64,000 bases of DNA from Sphagnum compactum (taxonomy: Eukaryota), in contig OZ234493.1 of NCBI GenBank assembly GCA_965153455.1, positions 28,324,213-28,388,212 on the forward strand, read 5' to 3'. The position numbers and the translations under genes are program-made. The notes under the pieces are model-generated. The model was not told where the DNA came from. It saw nothing but the letters and a program-made list of their open reading frames with translations, and made no database searches. Of the stretch, positions 11,354 to 24,178 are shown piece after piece. The first letter of the stretch is position 1. Each line of letters opens with the position of its first letter.

Positions 11354-14300
11354 ATGGGGTTGTGTGCATCAAGGCCGTTGCAGGAGGAGGACCCGGAGGA
11401 ATTTGAGGAAGAGGAGGAGCAGGTGGAAGGAGAAGGAGGATGTAACAGCTTGCAGATGGTGTCGGAAGTGAGTAGTGCTCGCGTGAGCAGCAGCGGCGGC
11501 AGTACAAGGAGCAGCGCCAACTCGCTCTTTAAGGCGTTGAGCTTCGACTCCTCGCGATCTTCAGCGGAGGTCGGGGAGATAGGCAGACTAGGTGCGCTTC
11601 TTTGCAAAAGACGACCTTATGCGGGGAACCCGGATATTCTGTCTACGCATCTCACCAACATCCTCACCTCCATCTTGCGCAAGTCGTCGCCTCAGCAAGA
11701 GTACGTCTCGAGCTGCAGCAAATCCTCCTCCTCCCCGCCGGCGGCTGAGATCTCCTTCGCTTCCTATCTCAACTCGCCTTTCATCCGATCTTCTCTGCAA
11801 GGTGCCGGCTTCGAGCCTGCCGCAGCACGCGGTCGCATGCAGGTGGAAGATGATGATCGTCTCGACGCGATCGCGAAATCATACGCTGAGTCCGCTGCTA
11901 AAGCCGCCGCTCGCGACACTTTCCTGTTCCTTGAGAAGAATGATTATAGCTTGCGGAGCTTCAAAACCTCGTCGACTTCAGGAAAAACTTTCCCTGATGA
12001 GCTCCATGCGCTGCGCAGCTACGGTTTGGATAGCTGTGTTCCCGAAGAGGAAGAGATTACACTCGAGGAAGAAGAAGAAGAAGCAGAGGAAGAGGAAGAG
12101 CAGGAAAAGGACGAGAACGAGGACGAGTCCGATGCTGCTGCTCATCCCGGAGCTCTAGATCTCAGTTTCAAACCCGGGATGCAGCAATACGGCCAGAAAG
12201 TCATTGCAGAGGAGCTTGCAGCAGCGCAAGGTTCAGAGCAGAAATCGACGCTCTTTGAGTCCTGTTTTCCTGCAGCGACAACAGGGCGCAGGTCATGGGC
12301 TTCTGTGGTGAATGCGGCCAAGCAGTCCGCTTCTTGCCTGCAAGCTACAAGGCCTTTGCAAATCTCTGCAGCAGCTGCAACTGTCCTGCATCAGTCTTCC
12401 AAGAGAGTACCGGGACCAGGAGACGTTCAACAGCTTGAGGAGATGAAGAAGGATTCTGAAAAATCCAGCTCCAGTCTCAGGCTTGAAACAGTTCCTGCGA
12501 CGTCTGATCATAAAGCTCAACACCTCGATGAAACAGTCTTACTCTCAGCTTCCCCAATTCTAGGATGTGTAACTGGTTGTTGCAGCAGCAGTAGACGGCA
12601 GGAGCTTCGAAACTCAAGCCCAGAGAAGATCACAGGCGTTGTTGCTGCAGCTGCTCCTGAGGACATGAATATTTTTGAGGTTAGAAGTACTGGGAAAGAC
12701 TCTCAAGTTCCAAGGGAGATGATATGTAAGCTGGACTCTTCTTCTTCAGCTAGGATCACGAATCTTGAGGAGCTTGAAAGAGATTCAGCTGCTGTAGCTG
12801 AAAGTTCAGCTGAAGCACAACAAGTTGAAAGCTCAGGACCCAATTCAGAGATCATCGGTGTGAAGAAGAAGAAGAAGAAGCTTCAAGATCCCAACAGCAA
12901 ATTAGGTCAGAACTTGGGAGCAGATTTGTCACCAGATCATACATATTCTTCAAGGAATGCGGCTGCAGGAGCTGCTTCACAAAGTAGTATTAAGCTGCAG
13001 GAGGATCTGAAGAATCAAGCTGCTGGTTGCTTGCCAATCTGCCCATTGAGCTGCTTGCGAAGTAGTACCAGAACACCAGCAGCTGCAGCAGCAGCAGGCA
13101 AAGAACTACACAACAGTATTCCCTATTCCACCAGCACCAGCAGCACCAGCACCAGCACCAGCAGTAGCAGTGTGTACAGCAGAGGCAATCTAACTCAACA
13201 TCAACCTCATCAACAACAACATCAGCTAGAGGAGCCTCCTGCAGCAGATCATCCTGCACACCTACCAGATCCCTTTTTCTCCTTCCCAAGCTCACCTGCA
13301 TCTTCTTCAAAGCTTTTTGAGGAGGTGAAGCCGAGTTCTGGTCATGTTATGAGTCCTGTTGTTGAGGAGTTTCAAGCTGGGGTGGGATTGAAGGGGCTGA
13401 GAATATCACGCCAGGATTCAGCTAATGAGAACTCACACATGGGGCTGCAGGCAGCTGAGGATGATGCATTTGGGTCCTCATTAATCCAATCAAACCCAGC
13501 CATTACACAGGATTCAAGAGCACCTCATCATCCCATGAGTTTTGACAAAAAACTGAAACTCATCTCACTCCAACAAGCTCATGGCAATGCTGCTGCTGCT
13601 AATCCCCAGAAATCTGTTGTTGTTTCGGAATCATTAGCTGCAAGTGCAACTGAGGAAACATCCCCCCTGAGCTGCACTCCAACGGCAGGGCATAATAATA
13701 ATAATGAGGATGATGACTCAAGCTCTGAATCATTGGAAATTGCTCAACCCATCAGGATAATGGGCTTCACAGGTCAGGATTTTTTGGCCCCATCTCCCAA
13801 ATTAAAGAAACATACTACAAATTTTGCTTCTTGCCATCACCTAATCTCAATGAATCTGAAACCACAAAGTTTACCTGACACATGTCATGAGCTGCAGCTT
13901 TTTCTGCAACGAAAAACCACATTCTCTTTGTAGTGCACACACGTTGTTGCAGCTCAATGACTGTTTTATGGGCTTTTGTAAGTTTGGTGATATATAGTTT
14001 GGTGATAAGATGGAGATATAATATGAATTTGGTAAATATATGTTTTGCATTTGCACTGTGTTTGTTGTAGACAATGTTCCTCTGGTTGCAGCTAGATCTT
14101 TATTATATCATGGGGTTTAAGGACAAAGTGGTCTTTTGTAGCACCACAGCAGAGGACTGTAAATTTCTTTGAAGTACTTGATATGTGGTTACATTGTCTT
14201 ATGCAATATGCAATTTTCTGTGCAATCTCATAGAATATGGACTTTAATTTTATGTGCTTGTTGACCTTTGATTAATGCATTATAGAAGTTCCAAAACACA

Positions 14301-14633
14301 GACTCTTCAACAACGCACAATTTGGGAAATTATTAACTAGTTCTTGTATGTGGTAGGGGTGCAGAGCACAATCTCCTAAGAGAGAGAGGGCTTAGATTAC
14401 TAATTACCAGCTCCATGAGTGCGTTTTCTAAAATGGCTTAAATTTCTTTGTTCTGTTTCGCAGGCACTTTGAGAAACCTGATCCATGGAGGCAAAGCTGT
14501 GCAAAAAGCTGCAAGCACCCGAGCTAAATCTGTAAACACTCCACAACAGAAGTTTAGTAGCTCCCCAACAAGCAAACGATATCCGAGTATTTCTGTCTCA
14601 CGATCTATAGATGTTGAAACCAAAACCCGCTAG
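11354..14633 (+). CDS. Large, low-complexity (E/S/Q/A-rich), probably disordered protein of unknown function with predicted N-myristoylation/S-acylation motif MGLCAS; 2 exons (11354-13772, 14464-14633), ~862 aa
   Basis: 2.4-kb open frame from ATG 11354 with GC-richer composition than its flanks. A phase-1 intron ACAG|GTCAGG (13773) ... TTTCGCAG|GC (14463) joins in frame to GTLRNLIHGG...VETKTR* (stop at 14633). Unspliced read-through would stop at 13933. No domain recognised. Confidence 0.7.
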
Positions 14634-15119
14634 TGTCATGCAGCTCACTACAAAGTCTCATGTGGCTGGCTCTATTCGCTTGCCAATCACCAAAGTTTCA
14701 ACCCCAAGAAATATGTCACCAATGAATGAATGGCCTATGCACTTTTGCAGCTCCATAGGTTTACAATGTTTGATTGAGTACATAAATTGAGGGGCTCCAG
14801 AGATCATCAGATTTTACAAATCTAGATCCTCTGAGATCTAGGTTAAATGAAGGCTATCCAAGGTCTATATTGTTGCATTGGCTCCTTCACCCCACACATT
14901 CTTTAGTTATAGTTCTATTGCAATTGAAATTGAGAAATCTGGGGTTCAAATCTAATGAGTTGGTTTAGGGTTTAGGGTTTAGGGTGCAAATTTGACTTTG
15001 TAGGTGTCAGCTTGATTTTTGTCATCACCATGGCTATCGGCGGCAACATGTTCTTTCTGTAATTTTTAGTCTGGTTTATTCTTTGTCAACCCTAATTGAT
15101 TTGCATGTACAAGTTAATA

Positions 15120-15280
15120 TCTGTTGCAGCTTGACATTGGTTTAAGAGAGAGGACCCACTCTAGAGTTGGACCACAAAAATATGTCTTGACACTGACTAT
15201 ATCTGTTTCTGTTGCAGTTTGACATTGGTTGAGAGAGGACCCACTCTAGTTGGACCACAAAAATAAGTCATGACTGACTA
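15120..15280 (+). repeat. Local tandem duplication, ~85-bp unit x2
   Basis: TCTGTTGCAG(C/T)TTGACATTGGTT..GAGAGAGGACCCACTCTAG..TTGGACCACAAAAATA appears twice. Confidence 0.85.
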
Positions 15281-15300
15281 GAACCCAAAAAAAATTGGCC

Positions 15301-15456
15301 TTTACAACTGGGTGAAATAACTTGGGTTTAGCAAGTTGAGTTTTGCAACCTTAATTTTGAATTTTGCAACTTTCATTTTGACTATATAGTTGTTTCGGAA
15401 TATTACATTGTCGTTTTGGAAGTTGCTAAACCCCAACTCATTTCACCCAGTTGAAA
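15301..15456. mobile_element. Short MITE-like hairpin with ~30-bp inverted termini
   Basis: CAACTGGGTGAAATAACTTGGGTTTAGCAA (15305) pairs with TTGCTAAACCCCAACTCATTTCACCCAGTTG (ends 15453). Confidence 0.7.
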
Positions 15457-17330
15457 GAAAAGGACCTTTTTTTTTTTCGGCGGTTTGTTGTAGCAGCTAT
15501 TTGTAATAGTTAAAATGAGTTCAGACTCTAGTGCTGATGATGAAGATAGACCATGAAGATAGGAACCCTCTTCACCAAAGATGGCTTCATTTTGTAATAA
15601 CTCAAATCATTACAATAGAAGGTGTCTATGCTAAGTGCTTTCACTGGATTTTGAATGAATTCACTGGTCTCACTGAACAGGACTTAACGGGAATGTAGTG
15701 AAGTCATTGTTCACTGAAAAACAATTCATGAACTGCACTCACATTTTGTTCTGGTGCTCTCGCAAAATGATTGATTATTTTATGTCCTTGGGAGTATTTG
15801 AAAGGACAACATTTAATCAAGTTGCTTTAGGTTAACTAAGAGCATGTGGAGAAGATTCATTAGATTTTGCTTTAGGAGCTTGAGCTGGTATATGTATTAG
15901 ATGATGCACCTCGACTAGGGACAAGGTATACACTTGAATGGTTTAGTTAGGTGAACATATACACAAAGCATGAATGCACTAAGCTTTGAAGAATCAAAGA
16001 TATTAGATGCATTCAAATACTTCTAAGGGAAGGCAAGCACTATATGTGACATGACCGAATGTCAAATTGCCAATTCAGTGTAACAGATGCCACAATAAAC
16101 AATCCCAGATAGCTTTGGTACCAAGACTTATGCCCACTTTAAGGTTTTGTAACCAAAGTTTCCATTGCATAGGATATGTACAAGTATTTCATATGGAGTT
16201 CCTTGCAATGCAGTTGCTCATTGTTTATTTGAGATAAATCTCTGAATAGAGGATTTCCTCAAAATACAACCATTTACACCACCTATATATCCAACATGGA
16301 AAGGGATTGGAGAACATAGACACACAATATCCAATCAAACCTTTTCTATGCAACCCAATCCTCCAAAATTATTAGAATCTGAAGTACCAGAAGTCGCCAT
16401 GAGAAGGAATGCAGAAGAGAAGAACACCGTGAGAAAAAGTGACAGAACAAACATCAACAGAGCTGATGAGAGAATGCAGCTAAGACATATTGGAAATGAG
16501 AATGGCTGCAGCTGATATGTTGCAGAACATCATGCAATGTACAAATAAGATCCAGACGTGTACATCATGTGCAGTGGCATGTCAACTTGTGGCATAAACA
16601 CCGCCATACATATATGCAAAAAGAGAAGGATAATTCCCATACCCAAGCCTGTGCGCAGCCAAAGATGCTGATCATAGGTTGGGCACTAACCCTGTCAACC
16701 CCTTTTTTCCCTGTCCTGTCAGTTTTACGCTAGGACTCAATTTTTAGTAGTTGTTACTCTACCTCTATCTATTTGTGACATAACTGCTTGGACTATATGG
16801 GTCCCAAACAGATCAGAATTGAAAATGGGAACAGACTACCACAGTACATGTACAAAATCAAAGGCCAAAATTCACATTTGCTGTACAATCCTGGAATACT
16901 GTATTTGCAGTCCTGGAAATGCCTGCCATGTGACGAGTATAGTTATACAGCATACACAGGGTCAGGTCCAGTGGCAAGTGGCAAATGCTAAGCAAGAAGA
17001 ATCATGTGGATCACTCTTCCAACTTCCAAGAGACTCTTGTTGGTCACAGGAGGATGTGACACAGCTGACTGCCTTACAACTCCCATTTCATGGGCTCCTT
17101 GACAACCCCTTTATGGTCCACCCCCACGTCTTTCCATCAATTAGGTGGCTGTCATTCACCATAGTGCATTTGAGATTCAAGGATGCCACTTGACTCCCAA
17201 AAAAAAGTGTGGGAGAAGAAGCAATCCTCTGTTCATGGTATGTCTTGGAGGAGGAACTGGATGAAAGGCATGGTTCAGATTCCACACTTTAGAGTCTTGC
17301 AGCCACGTGAACCTCAGCAGCTTCAGAAAA

Positions 17331-20173
17331 CTACCACATAGCTGTTCTTGTCCTTCGCAATACGTTTGCCTTGGAGGCCATACTTTTGCTTGCCAGCTTC
17401 ATCATCTCCATCAGCTGTAAATGCATACCATGTCTCTTCAGTACAAAATTACTACATACAGAGAGAGTTGTTCAAAGAGGTGAAGTGCTGCCATGTAGTA
17501 GTTACAGACCCAATGTAGGCATCATGGTAGAAGCTTTTTTGTAGATCAAGACTTCTCATTGACAGAATATGATGGAAATAATCCCACAAGATAAAGCAAT
17601 GACTTTGCCACTATGGGTCCATGAAACAGCAATCAAACCTAACATTTCTTAAATCAGCAGATTGACCATCTCATTACAACAAACCCAAACTAATACAGCA
17701 ATACTGCTGATATCCAGAAATGGGACAGCGACAAATCTTTGAAAAGAAAAGTGATTGTTTTACACACCTGTTTCTTGCGCCATTCAGCACTATCATCCTG
17801 TTCAATCAGCAAATACCACACAATGCTTCAGAACACATATACCAAATTTATTGACTGGAATTGAATCCAGCGCCCGAATAATGATACCTGCATTCCTTGC
17901 AAACTGCATAAAGGAAAAATCGCCACCAAGACATTAACAAAATTCCAAAGAACAATAACAGGGTGGAATTGACTGCCACTGCATACATGGATGGTTTGCA
18001 AACCATCCTGAACACTTCAACCAAACATAGGGGTCTCCTCTCTAAAGAACCTCCACTTATGCTCAAAAGGTTCTTTAGAGAGGAGACCCCTATGTTGCAT
18101 TGCATTGCATGTGGAAGTTCCTTAGAGAGGAGACACCTGCATCGCATCAAAATTCTAGAAAACAGGATACAAAAACTTTCAACAATGAAGTGAGACTAGA
18201 TCCAAAGAAAACCCAAGTTCACATTTTTCACAGATCATACCTGCTGCTTCCTCAGCCGTGAGTTCTCCTCTTTCAGCTGGTTCACCTCTGCCTCCAACTC
18301 CACTGTATATGCCTGTGATTCCCACAACAGTCTCCCACATCCATCACTGTGCAGATACATATGATGCAGCATTTCACCAAAAAGTTCAAAGAGAATGGGA
18401 CAAAGATGCTTCAGCAGCATTATGTATCTGCACAGACTTTTTGCATGCTGCTGAAGACTTTTTAGTCAGTTGGAGCAATGATCCCGTGTTTTGTGTGAAT
18501 TTCAAATTGCTGGCTCAGACTCGACAGGAAGTAATTTCCTCATGAATGACTATTGCATACTCTACTGTGATATTGACAGGTAACTTTTGTGCTGATATAT
18601 ACCTACCTGCTTACGAGCTCGGGATCGGGCAGCCGATTCCCTGTTTTTAATCATTCGGCGTTGCCGCCTCTCAACAACTTTCTCAACAGGACCATCAGGG
18701 CCCCTCTTTCTCCCTCGGAAAGGCCCGTCCAATCCATAATGCATAGGCGATAACATGCCATCAGAATCTGGAGTGGGTGGCGATCCAGGAGCCAGCCCCA
18801 TGTTGACATCCATAGGTCCTCCTCCCCTCAATCCTCCCAAACCCATTGCCAATCCACCACCATGCATACCCCCTGGTAATCCAGCCCCCATAACAGCAGC
18901 AGCTCCAGGACCCATTTGTCCTGCCATGCCCAATGGGCCTGCCATTCCAAGCATCGGCCCTGCTGATCCATTCCCCATTCTCTTATTTGTGGCATTTGCG
19001 TAAGCTGCCGCCTCTGCCACTTGCTGTTGCAGGAAGTGCTGCTGTTGCTGCTGCTGAGCCATACTCCGGAGCCAATCAACCTAGCAATATATTTCAAACC
19101 ACAATCCTCAAAAGCTTCCAATCAGCAAAAACCTCAACACTGGATTTGTGGAAGGAAGAACGGGGTACACAGACTCCCACAGATTCTGACAGGATGTCTA
19201 AACATTTTCTTCAATGAGAAAATTGAAGAATGAGGTCAGAGTGTACCTGTTGCTGCTGCTGAGAAGCAGCAGTGGCAGCCTGGTTCTTGTTATAAGCATC
19301 CATTTGCATGGCATCAATCAAAGCCTGGGAGGGCATGACATTGGCTGGAGAGAGGGAGAGTGTGGGCACAATGTCACCACCACCACTGGCAGCAGTGGCA
19401 CCTGAGATTCTGTCCCCAGGATCACCTGATTGCACATTGATTCTGTCTGATCTCTCTCCATGAGGATGAAGGCCACTGCTGCCCATGAAAGAACTAAACC
19501 CTTGCTGCTGTTGGCTAGTCCCAATGTCAGCAGCATCCTCTCGCACAACACCAGCTTTCATGAGGAAATCTTCCAGAGTCATCTCCCCGAATGTGGTTTG
19601 TCGCTCTTGAGCTGAAGTGGTGGTGGGTCCAAGAGGGAGTCCTCCACCACTGTCAGAGCCTCCAGAAGAAGAATCCCTGTGGATATCTTTCCATACCTGG
19701 TCTACTGTCTTCCTGCTAAGCGTGCGGGGAAGCGACATTGCGCCCTGCAACAACTGCAAGCTGGGCTGCCTGAGAAGCATTGACATCCCATCGACATTCC
19801 CAGCAGCCTGACTAGTGTCTGCTGCAGCAATTGACGAGGAGCCCATGGCAGCGGCCATGGCTTGACTCTCCTCTGCTGTCCAGATGTTCTTCAAGAACTC
19901 GTCCATGTTCATGGATCCAAAGTTCTTGCCTGGCTCGGTCATGGCATTCTGGAACTCATCCAAGGTGAGGGAGTAGATAGACGATTGCCTTGCAAGGGAG
20001 TTGAATCGGCTGCCGCCGAGTCCTCCTCCTGCTACTCCAGCTCCTCCTCCTTGCAGGGCAGAAGATGCAGCCGCGACGAGACTTCCGTTGCCTGGTGGAT
20101 TCGGACTCGCCGCCATGCTGGAAGAAGAAGGTCGAGCTTGCGTTTGCTGTGGGCTTAGAGACTGCGATCCCAT
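17331..20173 (-). CDS. ABI5: Group A bZIP transcription factor (ABI5/ABF/AREB-like), ~528 aa; coding exons 20173-19247, 19080-18607, 18312-18241, 17797-17768, 17414-17331
   Basis: Conserved C1 (LARQSSIYSLTLDEFQ...KNFGSMNMDEFLKNIWTAEE), C2 (LLRQPSL...LSRKTVDQVWKDI) and C3 (RQTTFGEMTLEDFLMKAGVV) boxes; basic region VERRQRRMIKNRESAARSRARKQ; zipper AYTVELEAEVNQLKEENSRL; C4 tail LRRTRTAMW*. All introns are GT-AG, phase 0. The 72-nt and 30-nt exons match the known ABF gene structure. The symbol denotes the family; orthology to ABI5 versus ABF is not resolved. Confidence 0.93.
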
Positions 20174-22907
20174 GACGATGATCCCGTTTCTCCAGCCCTG
20201 CTGAGGCAAGTCTGGTGCGTGATCGTGATTCTCCTTCCAGCCGGGTTGCTCTCTGCGCGCCGCTCGATCACGAGCACGGCTATTGGCGTCTGGACCTGCC
20301 AGTGCTGCTACTGCTACAGAAGAGTTTTTATTCCAAGCTTGAAAGTCTAACGAAGTCTTTTTGTGAAACCACCGCAGATAATCCGATGATCACTAATAGA
20401 CGAAGTTGAAGGAGGAAAAGAAGAAGATGGCAAGAAGTTGGGTCGTTGAATCTTCCTGCTCGCAGTTGTTGACTGAAGGCAGCGGCAGTCTGTCTAGAGA
20501 AAGGATCATCATCTCCTACAAGAATCTGTTGAATGCGATCCTCCTCCGCAACAGCAGGAGCAAAGTTCACAATCGACTGAGGGCGACAGCGGATTTCTTT
20601 TTCCGTCTCTGACGACAACACAAGACACAGATAGTAAGACGTTTGTTCATCTTCTTCATGCAACAGAATCTTGTCATTGCACCAAACTTCCAGGCTGCAG
20701 GAAATTCTGCAGGAATACTTTTGTGGCAACAACCCAAGCCGTTATAGCGACACTCATCATGAGGAAAGGGACAGACGAGACTCGCTTGCTGGCTTGCTGG
20801 CTCCAAACAAGAACAAGAAGCGCGCCTACAACAAGACTGCGGGAATGAATGGATCTTGAGCGGGAGGAGCTTCAGGAAGCCGTTCCCTGGTGCTGTAGTA
20901 AGAACAACACGAATTCTTGTGTTGCATTTGAAAATCTACCGATCATCTCTCAACTCTAGCTCTCAAGAGACAAGAATTATATTATTCTCTAAGACAAATC
21001 TCAGAGACTAGTATGTAATGCTCCAACAACCACAAAAGAATCAGCAAGAATCAGTCAATCAACAACAACAAAGAAAATTATATTATGCAACAAAAAATTG
21101 CAAACACGGATAATAATTCCTCAAGATACAAAACAATCTCAAACCTCCAAGGTACACAAAACAATCAAGAAAGAAACAAAAAATTTCACAAAGAAGAAAA
21201 AGACGAAGAAGCCGCTCCTCCAAAAGCGAAAAGGAAAAGAAAAAAAAACAAGCAGCACTGGACAAGCTGTTGGATACTCCAACAGAAGCAAACGAGGGTT
21301 TGTGATTGAGCAAAACCCCCCTCCCCTGAAATCCAAAAATACTAAATTTCACAAAGTCGGCAACAAAATTCTTGACTTCCCCCCCCCCCTCCCCTCCCCG
21401 CCAGGGAAGTCCGCAAAAACTCACCACTGAAAGCTGTGAAGCTCTTCTTCTTCTTTCTCGCGCCCGCTTCGCTTGTGTGTGTGTGCGCGCGTGCGCGTAG
21501 CTACGTTAGGTGGCGCTGTTAGTGTGCGCCACGGCTTTTCCTTCTGCTTCCTCGCTCACCTGGTTTTTCTTCGGGTAGCCCGAGCTTGTTTTCCCCAAGT
21601 CCGCCGGAGAGACTCCGTAGTAGGTACCTACCTCCCATTTATCCATCCATCCATCCATCCATCCATCTATCTATCCATCCATACATTCAAACAGGTAAAC
21701 TAAATTAATTTTCCCCCCTAAAAATAAAAGGACAAATTCAATTAAGTATACCCCAAAAAAATCTTTTCATTAAATATTTCAGTATTATATCTTAACTTTT
21801 TTGGACTTTTAATTTGTTTATTTTCAATTAGAATGTCACAAATCCAATAAAGAAAAATAAAATTACGAATAAAATTATTAAATAAAGACTTGGTTTTAGA
21901 TACTCAAATTATGTACCTACCACCCCTCACCCTGTTCGAAATGCCTAAATAAAAAGATTAAAAAACTGTAGGTAATGTGAATGTGTTTTTTTTTTTGTTT
22001 TTGTTTTGGGACCCACCTTTTTACCATTTTTCCCATATGGAAAATTGGCTTTCGGTTGTTGATTTGAAACCCAAAAAAAGAAAGAAGAATGAAGTAAAAG
22101 TTTTATTTAAATTAAGCAGAAAAATAAAGCATCTTGTTTTCATCTAACTTTTTGAAGAAGCTTTGGAACTTTTTCTTTAATTTTATTTTAAATTTTAAAT
22201 TTTTAAAAGGAGAGTCACATAAAGCATAAGAGGCCTATGTCCATTATGCAAAAACCTATGTTACACATGAGTCACAAATTAGTCCCTTGAGTCATTGTAC
22301 TCCATTTTGAAGTCGGAAAACCCTCCAATTCCAATGAAATATACATATCATGAATTATTTTTCCTAGTTAAGTACCTACAATTAATTATTTTTCCTTTTC
22401 TTCCCCCCACCATCTCAAGCACAATCAAGACATTCTAAAATAATTGTTATTATATTCTTAGCCATACTCCCATTTCAGATATATATAATTGTAAAATAAA
22501 AAATATGTTTTAATTATTCTTTTTTAAAAGCATATGGTTCGACCCAAAAAAGACCATGAATCAATTAAATTCATGGGGATCTTCTAGCGAGGTTTGGTAA
22601 TATAATTTAAAATATTTCGATCCCCATTGCAACTTGTAAATCTAATCTCACAAAGAAAGTCCCAAATTCAATCTTTGTATAGGAAGGATATTTTCTTCCC
22701 CTTCTAATTTTTATTCAAATAAATTGGATTAATGCTCCCTCAAATATTTCAATTTTATCTAATCATTCCATTATTCAATTTAACCAATTCAAAGTGAGGG
22801 TCCCATTAACTTGAAATAGAGATTCTTATTTAATTTTATTTAATTTTATTTTTTTAAATGATAAAATTAGGAATTCACATAGGTATAGTAACATCAGCCA
22901 CATTTCT

Positions 22908-23290
22908 TGGCCACAGTGAACCAGCACCCACCAGTGCACCACGAAGGATGAATGGTAAGTGATGAGGAAACAGTTTTCTGTTGGGTTCCAGTTCCCTAGT
23001 TAACCATGGTAGTTAGCTCAGTTGCTTGGCTTTTTTTTTCTTCTTTTTTTTACCTTGTGGGTTGTTACTACCTAAGTAGGCAGTAAAAAGAGCCCTTCCC
23101 TATGTATAAACCATCTACTTATATAATAGTTACCTATTTTTCTACCTATCTACCTATGTATGAGGCCTATTTCTCACAGAATTGGTTACCAAGGTGGAAC
23201 CAAATATTAACTCAGTTGAGTTTCATTCACAACTGAGTAATAACAGGCATCCCGTGGATGGATGGATGGTGTGCTGGTTCAATGTGGCCA
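22908..23290. mobile_element. MITE-like element with ~20-bp TIRs upstream of the bZIP gene
   Basis: TGGCCACAGTGAACCAGCAC (22908) versus GTGCTGGTTCAATGTGGCCA (ends 23290), 1 mismatch; internal hairpin ACTCAGTTG...CAACTGAGT. Confidence 0.7.
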
Positions 23291-24146
23291 CATTGCTTGA
23301 GCTTCACTTCTTACAGTTGGAAAAAGGCTTTTGGTTTCCATACCATAGTTATAACACATTGCAACCCTTCAAGCAAAGCAACAATAATGGAATCTCTTTC
23401 TTCCACTCAATTGCAGGAAAGAACCATCATATTAGCTTTTGGTTGGTTGGTTTGTACATTTAAAATACATATTAGAGATATCCGTAAAGTCAGGAAAACA
23501 CACAGCACCAATACCCTGAGTTTGGTCATACACAGGGTGAGATTCCAAAAAAAAACCTGCAAAGAAGTACATTCTTTTTTCCTGAGCGCCTCCACTGCTG
23601 CTACATAGATTTTCACTGCTCCTACTTGTACAGCTGCTACTATAAATCCTCTCGAGTCTTGGCATTAGATGCTGAATCTAGTGAGTTTCATCATTTCATA
23701 CTGAGATTCAGTAAAATTTCATTACTTTACAGATACCACTAAAAGAGGAGTTAGGGGGGGGAAAGGAGGCCCCAAAGACAGGGTGAATACTACAGGGTCA
23801 CTTTACAGATATCTCTATCATTATGATGGGATCTCTAATGAAGTCCAAAACTTGTGATTGTTTTTTTTTTTTTTTTAAATTATTGTTGGAGGTTAAAAGG
23901 GAAAGCTCCAGTCTAATTAAGCAACCAAAAACCAACACATTTTATTCTTCTCTATTTACATTGTTTTGTTAGAGTGAATTAGAGAAATTTGACCAACTTG
24001 AGTCTATGTTCATTTCAAACCAAAACTGGAACTGGGTTAACTGATAGTTAACTATTAGTTGTAAACCAAGTTAGCCTACTTGGAAGTAGAACCAGGTTTA
24101 ATCTCCTATTGACTTGAATCCTATTAATTGAAAAGTGGGTTTAGAA

Positions 24147-24178
<32 letters not shown>

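Noticed and set aside
11341-13310. Antisense and alternative-frame ORFs overlapping the large CDS (likewise within the bZIP exons)
   Set aside because: Expected shadows of GC-rich, trinucleotide-rich coding sequence.
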